A stretch of 55,870 nt of DNA, filler included, from Sphacelaria rigidula (lineage: Eukaryota): assembly GCA_964200075.2 (NCBI GenBank). It is 6 parts of 6 records of this genome, joined end to end, with 100 filler letters (N's around TTAATTAATTAA, not from the genome) between each part and the next. Parts side by side here need not be neighbours in the genome. Positions count along the whole stretch, not along the records: positions 46,643 to 55,870 come from CAXNAA020008992.1; 5 more parts are not named here. One strand, written 5' to 3'. The position numbers were made by a program, and so were the translations under genes. Shown in pieces: positions 48,110 through 55,870 of the stretch (positions are counted from its first letter, which is position 1; each line of letters starts with the position of its first letter). The notes beneath the pieces are model-generated. The model did no database searches. It saw only the letters and a list, made by a program, of their open reading frames with translations, and was not told where the DNA came from.

Positions 48110-51100
48110 GTATCTTGTTGACGATCCATGTTCTCTGTTTCGTGTGTTTCTCTCTTCTTGTTGTGTTGCCTACTGATTTTTGTGTTCACACAGCGTGTCC
48201 TCCTTTTGAGAGCGAGATATCCATCAGTTCCAGTCGCTCCAGTTCTTCCCTTAGATTGGTTGGGCGAAAAAAAAGGAAATAAACAGACAGAGAGAGGAGA
48301 AAATCATCACGCGCAGCTCTTTCGAGTTGTTGCAGAACGGTGGACACCACACATTCCATCACTCTGCAGGCATACACACGGCAGAGGGTTCTCCACGAAA
48401 ATCAAGAACGAGAGTAGCTTTCGTTGTTTCCGTGACCTTTTATCTGCGACACGCCATCGGTGGATGATCAACAGAACAAATCAGAGGCAGAAAGCTCATC
48501 AGCAAGTATCTCGAAGATCTGGAACACGAAATCTTCAAATCAATCGATCGGAAATCGAGTATAATTTTACCGGCACTTCTTTCGGAGATTGGGGAAAATC
48601 ATTTCTTCCTGACGCCTTTATGGAGGTCGCGGGGGCCGGGTAATTGCACATTTGCATCCCTCCCCCCATCCCCCCGCCTGGAGGGAGGCGTTTAGAGATG
48701 TATTCCCTACCCGAGGACAGCGGGGGTATACCCCCTTTCCGGAAATTCGCCCTTTGTTGTGTTGCGACGTACAAACTGCCTTGAGAACACCAAAACACAC
48801 GGAGATCGCGTTGTAAAAGAAACGGCTGGCGGGAAAGAAGGGGGACACATCTGGGACATGGACGTGCTTTCTGAGGACATTGACTGCTACTAATAAGAAG
48901 GTAGCCACCGTAGGTTCCTTGTGCCGTGTTTGCGATATAGACCCTGGTGTACCGCATTTGTTTCCATCTTTTCGCCAACCTTGACACATGCTGAGGAGAA
49001 AAATCCCGCGAATGTCAGGCGAGGACAACGACCTTTTTCACGTTATCGCGGATAATATGTTTGTTCATCGGTAAAAAACACAGAGGAAAACCTACGTGAA
49101 TGGGGTGGATACTTCAGCAGCGCGCTCTCTGGTTGGCACCGGCTCTTTTAAATTGGTTATTCTCCGTCTTCGCAATAGTCAATAGCTAAAATTGCTGTTT
49201 TTTGCCTGCCCGCACGGGACGCACAGTAACAGCACCTACCCTGAAGTAGGAGGAGTTTGCGTGCCTCTTTTTCTGAAGATTGAGCGCTTGATTTTTCTCT
49301 TCTGAAAAAGACACGCGTTTCTCCGGTACTGCTGCGATGATCGTATTTGGCTAGCGTCCCCGTTACTGGGAATGTTGGACCTCCATTTAGTTGTCCCGCC
49401 CGCAGGGGATCGGGAAGGGGCGGTGGGCAGGATATATGTGTGATTCATCCTGGTGATGTGTTTGTGATTATCGTGTATATGACGAATTGTGCTTAGTGTG
49501 TGTGTTGACTACTAGCGGTATAGCAGTGCGGCGGATGGGGAAGCGAAACGCGGTTGCATCGAGCATCCATTAAAGTTTTCCACTACTGTAGGAAGGCATC
49601 GGGTGGACTCACGGGGGAACTGGAGCGTGGAGCATGGAGGAAATTGACGCCATGCACTTTCCTGTTGTTCCTGTCCCGGTTTGTTAATGAGCGATGGACA
49701 CGCTTACTTCTCGTGGGTTCGTCTCTCGAGGGAAGGCACATGCTCGTCATTATATGCACGAACAGTTCGAAGCGTCCCTATTATTAGCCAACGTCTTCGA
49801 ATAGACATACACGCAGTGTACTGTAGACTAGTGTATTGGACTGCTACTACCACTGCACGTGTGTGCAGCCGCCATTGCAGTATCACCCTCTCCGCGTTTC
49901 ATTTCAGTGATGAGAGGGTTAGAGTAGCTAGCTACAGGGAGTCACGCAGAGCACTTGCTGGCTTCGAGGGATGATTCAGATTTATTTGGATTATCAAGTT
50001 CATCTTAATTATTAGAGTCGTGTGTATGTGCGACATGGAAGGAAGTGTTGATTCCCTGTATACGAGTGGGCATTCGTGTTTCATTCACGTGTTTGTATGT
50101 GTCTGTGGTCGTTGTTCTCTTGCTTCCACGGCGGGAAGGGCGCGAGTCGGATTATCCCCCCCCTTCCCCCGTCCCCTTGCTTCCTAGTTTGTGCAAACGG
50201 AGCCCCTAGGATTTTCCGCCGAATACGCCAGTAAAACAGAGAGTGCGCACACCCCTCTTCATTTCTTGGTTTGTCTTCTTATTATTGATTTAAAAAAAGC
50301 ACAGTAGTTCCCTTTGATTTTTTGTTTGGACAGTCCTGCATCCTGCGTTCATGTATATTTTCAGTCAGCATGTACCCAGAGCACATTGAAGCAGCGGTTG
50401 CATACCGATCTCGCGGGCAATAAAGGGCCAATGGAGTGCGTAGTCTACGAAGCTCAGTCCACGCGCTGCACAATATCTATCGCGTTTGCAAGATATTGAA
50501 ATGCATACTTCGGGGCAGCTACTTTGACCCCTCGAGAAGGAAAAGACAACAGTCAGCCACCCGTGTTCTGATCATCCAACAGAAGTCCGAAAGCGCAGTG
50601 TGTATGAGTATCAGACATCACTCGGGATTAAACCGCTAAGGCTGTGAAGCGCGAGCAGGTTGGCAAGTCGGCTTATTTAACAGGTGCGTTACGTCAAACG
50701 TCGGGGTCTCTTTACCCTCAAAAACGAGGAGTAACCGCGCTCCCTTCCCCATAGCGAAGCTCGGAGGGCGGTCGGGTAGGGCGACAGAGGTTTGGAGACA
50801 CAGGCCATTGCTACGATACTCTCTCCTCGAATAATCTGCCCATTTTGCGTAGACGCTCGAGGTGCATATCTTGGCGCGTATTTTGTGGTTCACTACCCTG
50901 TGACTACGGCGAGCAAAAGGCGAGGCACAGGTTCGACGCTAAGCTTTCAGGCACCTTTATTCTACGTTCGACGATCTGTTGGCGTGATGGGGATTGTTTT
51001 GAGTGCCGCTGATGTACGCCAGTAAAAGCTGCGCGCGCCCCACACTATTCCCTTGCGGTCCTCCACTTTTGGGGGAAGTGGCATTTTCGTTGGTTCAAAA

Positions 51101-54086
51101 CAACTGCATGACGGCTCTGTTGCTGTTGCTGTCATCACGACAATATGCCTCCTGCACGCTAAGCAAGGTGGTGATATAGCCCCAGACGCTAGTTCTACAT
51201 TTTCAGAGAAGGTTGCCTTCCTTTCAACGTTTACGGTTCCTGCTATTGTGGCTCTGTGCATCTGGTTGGATCCTCCTCGCCTCCCCCGCCACCCGAAACC
51301 CACTCATACCATCATCCTCACCGTTGCAGCTATACCCAGAGAGTGAACGAATACGTTATCCCTCAGAGCGATATACTTGAGTTTTCTTCGCTATTAATTG
51401 CTTCTCTTTGATTTCCTCTGCCCGAAAGTTGGTGGGGAGGTTAGAAGATGGCATTTCATGACAGACGTCTTTTTTGGTGCTTCGCTGTGTGTGAAATTGG
51501 GCGGATCATGTCTGTTTTCGAGTCGAGGGCGGTTGGTTGGCAGTCGGTTTGAGAGCAACCACTAAAAAGAAGGCCGAACGCGGGCAATGCACTTCTCTTT
51601 TTCTTGTCGTATTCATGCTTACGCTGCTTGTGCCTTTGGCGTCCCGCACGGTTACATGTTTGTATGAGCACGTGTGCAGCTTTCTCGTACATGTCGTACA
51701 AGCCTGTTTGATCATGTGGGCGCAGGCGTGCCTTGGCGTGTGTTAATAGTCGACGAGTTGTGATGAGAGCACACGGGAGGTCTTCGAGGACATGCCGCCG
51801 ACGCGCGCCAGTAAAACAATGCTCTTACTCGTTCAGCAACTGTACCGGCTCACATGCGATTGAATTGATCTATTTAGCAGTTTCAAGCCGGACAGAATCT
51901 ACCCTTCTGCAGTATATACAAGAATAGAATCCGATCGCTGATTTGCCGAGCATCGACAGTGTCGCATGTGGGTCGAAAGACGCGCACAGATGCATCGCCA
52001 AGCCGTCGTGTCAGTCGAGAAGCGGTCCTTGCATCCGTCGTAGGTGTCCAGCAACGGACGGGAGCAATTGAACCAATGCATGATATCCCCCAAAACCATC
52101 ATATATATATATATATATATACATCTCATGATTATTATCCCCCAGGGACTTTGCCCAATAATAGTCAACTACTAAAGTTCGAGGGAAGAGATGAAGCGAG
52201 GGCGAGGGCTCCGAGCAAAACACCTGCCATGGAACACATGCGCAATCGTTAATCCCAGCAACGCACTGATTTCCCCCCACCCATACGTCCCGCCCACGTC
52301 CTTCCGCACCGCGTCTATCCGTTTGCGCTATGCATATCTCCTAACCCGCCCGCAACCTCTTCCAACGATGGGGATGTTGGTCGAAATCGCGGAGCATCGC
52401 GTGCCGCTGAGAGGGCTGGAAGATGGCCCTCGTTGATGCGCAGGAGAGGGCGGGGTGCGCTCATGATCATGAGTGGGGGGAGGTGGAGTCGTGGGACCGG
52501 CGGCGGCAGAAAAACGGGGGAGTTCCCCTTCTCACGGAGAGGGAGTTGTCCAGCAATGGTTCTGAAATATAACAGCGGAGTACCACGCGATTGTGAAAGC
52601 TTACTAACAAGATCGATATAAGTAGCCACACTTCGGGTGTCGCCTTGGACTTCCTTGCTCGTTTTTTTTCGTTCGATGGCGCCTATGAACCGTATCTCCG
52701 AAGAAGAACTAGAACCGTTCGCTTCCCGCCCAAGCTATACAGCGATGATAGGATTGCTCGGGCAATCTGCCGGTCATTATTGTCCAACAAGCCGATTTTA
52801 GAGAGGACTTTGGCTTGCATAGTATATGGTCGTTGGAAAAAGATGTTTGGAGGGTGTCTGGAAAAGAGACTCCCTCGCATGGCCGGCCAAGGTACCGCCG
52901 TGCCACAGTGAGGTGTTAGACGAAACACACGGTCACTCGCCAACTTATTACTATGTAGACACGATCAGTACCATTCGATTGCCGTCAGAGACTACATAAT
53001 CATATATACATATATATTTCTCGGGTACGTCAGGATTAAATGGTGTGTAGTACCCTGAACGTGTCGCAGGGGCAGGCGCCACAGCTGCTCGGCTGATCGG
53101 GAGAAGGGTGTAAACACAAAGTACGCAGCTTGTATTGATGGTTCCTGAGAACGTGGAGAGAAGAGTGAAGAAGAAGGTGATCATCGACATGTATGTCTAC
53201 AGTACCATAATTCTGACGGTTACAACAACTTGAACCGTAACCAATCACGCAGACTATTCTGTGTCCAACAGTCGGAGTAACAGGCTGCAACTATGACAAC
53301 CCCTTGATTTTCTTGAACGTTGACTACTAAAAAAATAGACATAAATCATTTCTTCACATCCCCCCTTAACGGAAATATGATCTTGAAAATAGCATACTCT
53401 ATCACGATCATCCTCATTTAATAACATCAGTATAGTTGTGGGGAAGGCGTATCGCTAGAGTAGTCAGAGACCTACGGGGGAGACTGCCGCCGTGATGCCG
53501 AAGGAACTCCGAGGCCGGCGATGACTTCCTCTTGTATATGTAGGCAAGAAGTGGGTCAGACCAGAAGTGGGCGCCAGGGGCGACCCAGACCTTGGAGGAT
53601 GTTGGGCCGTCCTATATTAGGCTCTTCCTGGCATCGCCCCAAGTTGTCTAGTTACCTCGGCATTACAGGGAGGGTCCTCGGGAATCTGGTCCATTCGGAC
53701 CGTTCCTACTTGTACCTGCTTGCTCTGGCTCCGTATACACGCATGGTCTCAGTCTCTGAGATGTCACTGCAAAGATGTATTCCCGACATATCCCCACCCT
53801 TTATGCGCCGCTAGCCCATCGAGGCTATGGCTGGTGGGACGAGGCGATCATCAGCTTCGCTGATAATATAATCATGGGAATATCCTTGAGTGACTATCAT
53901 TGATTGAGTCATGCCACCACTACTCGCAAAGGCAGCCCTTCTCTAACCTGTGGTATTGAGCCAACACCTCCAGTAAATTTTAGCTACCTGTGGTCTGTAA
54001 TAGTGCATGTATTGCAAACCCTTTTCAATTTGGTTTTCTGTCATGTAGTTGTCATATATATGTGATATGTTTCCATCAGATATATT

Positions 54087-54880
54087 TGCACTTGGGTGCT
54101 AGTTGCACCTGCTGTTATGCATGACTGGGCACTGGGACACTGATCGGTATACGGGCGCCTGGGTTATTCCTGCCCGCGCTCTGGGATGCCTTTGGTTCCG
54201 CGAACACCTGAGTAGGGTTAAGTCTCGGGTTAGTAACACGGCGGTGTTGCAGATACATATATGTATTTTTTCACCTGTGAACATTGTGCTCTTTCTCTAA
54301 ACCCGATCTAAATGACCTTTGCTTCTTGTATTGTGTCAAATAGATGCATCATGGGTGACACATTCTTGATGAGATGCTTTTTGCACTTTGGTGCCGGCTG
54401 CATCAGTTAGGTATACCTGACTAGGCACTGGGACACGGACCGGCCCACGGGCGCTTGAGGTATTTCTGTCCGGGTTCTGGGATACGTTCGGTTCCACTGA
54501 CACCTGAGTACTGGACAAAGTCTTCGCGTTAGTACCAAAGCGGTGGGTCTGATGTTTATCTTGCGAGCATTGTGCTCTTTGGTGAGACATCGACATGTTC
54601 CTTGCTTCGTATCATTTTGTGGTATATGCGTGTGCCCCATGTGATAATCCATAAGATGTGTTGCACTTTGGTGCTGGATGCGTCTGCTGTTTCTACATGC
54701 CTGGGCACTGGGACTGATCGATCCACGGGCGCCTGGGTTTTTCATGTCCGGGTTCTGGGATACCTTCGGTTCCACTGACACCTGAATAGTACGACGTCCT
54801 CGTGTTAGTAACAACGCGGTGCATATGATGTTTTCGGCGTGTAAGCATTGTGCTTTCTTGTCTACCCATCGTCAAAATGA
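54087..54880. repeat. Diverged ~280-295 bp tandem repeat, about 3 copies
   Basis: ttgcactt.ggtgc..ggcactgggac..acgggcgc..tctgggat..ggttcc..acacctga..gttagta..cattgtgct; starts about 54087, 54382, 54661. Confidence 0.85.
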
Positions 54881-55019
54881 TCAGCACTACCCCGATTGCT
54901 GAGAGGTTATCTTCCTTGGGAAGTTGCACACCAGTCACTGTTGACATGTCGGATATTTTCCCGTTCATGTCTGCGTTGTTCTAATCGTCGTTATTGTTTA
55001 CTTTTTTTGTGACTCTCCT

Positions 55020-55785
55020 TGATCTCCGAATTTTGACCCCAGGCTACTGCTCAACCCTTGAGCGCTTCGAACAACTTTTTCGTGAGATGAGAGTAGAACG
55101 CTGATTGAGAGTGACTTTGATCATTCGCTTGCTCTCAGCCATTTTTTCACTCCACGTGCGCTTTTCTTTACCTCCATCACTAGCGTGTGCTTATAGCTAC
55201 ACGTCGATATCCTACTCAGGGGCATCAAGGACCTCAGTGGCAAGCTGCTGCAGAAAGCATATTTGGCCTCGTGGAGGGGCATATCGGAACAGAAATGATT
55301 CATTCACTAATTTACCGCTTTTTACTCTCAATCGTATCCTCTACTCTCAATCTCCCCACAACATTGTTGTTGCTCGAACGCTTGAACAGACTGTTGAACA
55401 ATCACATCCGATTCCGTTACCCAGTATTTTTGGATTTCGACTCCGGATGTGAGCGCTTTGCTAACCCGATGTCATGACGGTATATATCGAGGATGTGTCT
55501 ACTTTGTGACGTTTCGTCAGCTCGATAGGTTAGGTCAGCTGCTGGGCTGTATCTTTTGAGTCTCATTAATCTCCAAATTTTGACCTCAGGTTACTGCTCA
55601 ACCCTTAAGCGTTTTGCTAGAACGTTCAAACAGCCTGTTGAAGAGTCACATCCGTTTCCGTTTCCCTGTAGCTTCGGATTCCGAGTCCGGATGTGAGCGT
55701 TTAGCTTAACCCTTGTCAAAGTCCGGTGCTGAGCAATTCTTCGGTAGGACAGGTCAGCCGCTGGGCTGTAGCCCTGGAGTCTCAA
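55020..55785. repeat. ~245-bp tandem repeat (55371-55564 / 55616-55784, plus partial 55024 / 55571) with an internal hairpin
   Basis: Repeated tcacatccg...cggatgtgagcg and aggtcagc.gctgggctgta blocks. Confidence 0.8.
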
Positions 55786-55870
55786 CAGATATTACCAGAG
55801 GATTCTATAAAATGAGGTTCATCAATGAAATGAGGTTCGAGCCCAAAACAGTACTTTCTCCACACTTCCA

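Noticed and set aside
47200..53900. Short ORFs across the last contig and a possible solo LTR near 53437
   Set aside because: No domain motifs, consistent splice chain, or matching LTR end/TSD could be supported.
1..55870. Fanzor/TnpB, Cas, giant-virus core genes, rRNA
   Set aside because: No RuvC, capsid, polymerase or rRNA-like motifs recognised in the ORF track or by eye; very decayed copies could be missed.

Overview
Repeat-rich eukaryotic nuclear DNA; the style of the LTR/SINE families and the ~50% GC suggest a brown alga, which is an inference. The window is not one locus. It is six contigs of 9229/9229/9228/9228/9228/9228 bp joined by identical artificial 100-bp spacers (N44-TTAATTAATTAA-N44), so adjacency across gaps means nothing. 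Content is mostly decayed mobile DNA: two Ty3/Gypsy pol remnants (one ending in a chromo-like plus a Tudor-like domain), a degenerate Ty1/Copia element with its 5' LTR and PBS, two other LTR 5' ends, two MITE families, tRNA-derived SINE pieces, possible hAT and Harbinger remnants, mini/microsatellites and two large fold-back inverted duplications. One credible host gene is present: a spliced minus-strand leucine-rich-repeat (RNI-like) protein at about 30.9-33.5 kb. Best leads: (1) the chromo+Tudor integrase tail; (2) a TGT...ACA MITE with a 5-bp TSD, telomere-like internal repeats and its empty site in the same window; (3) an unidentified protein-coding repeat family on two contigs; (4) a 43/44-bp repeat-plus-variable-linker array that resembles a CRISPR array but has no cas genes; (5) a fold-back with a nested 86-bp palindrome. 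No intact novel system can be demonstrated from this sequence alone.
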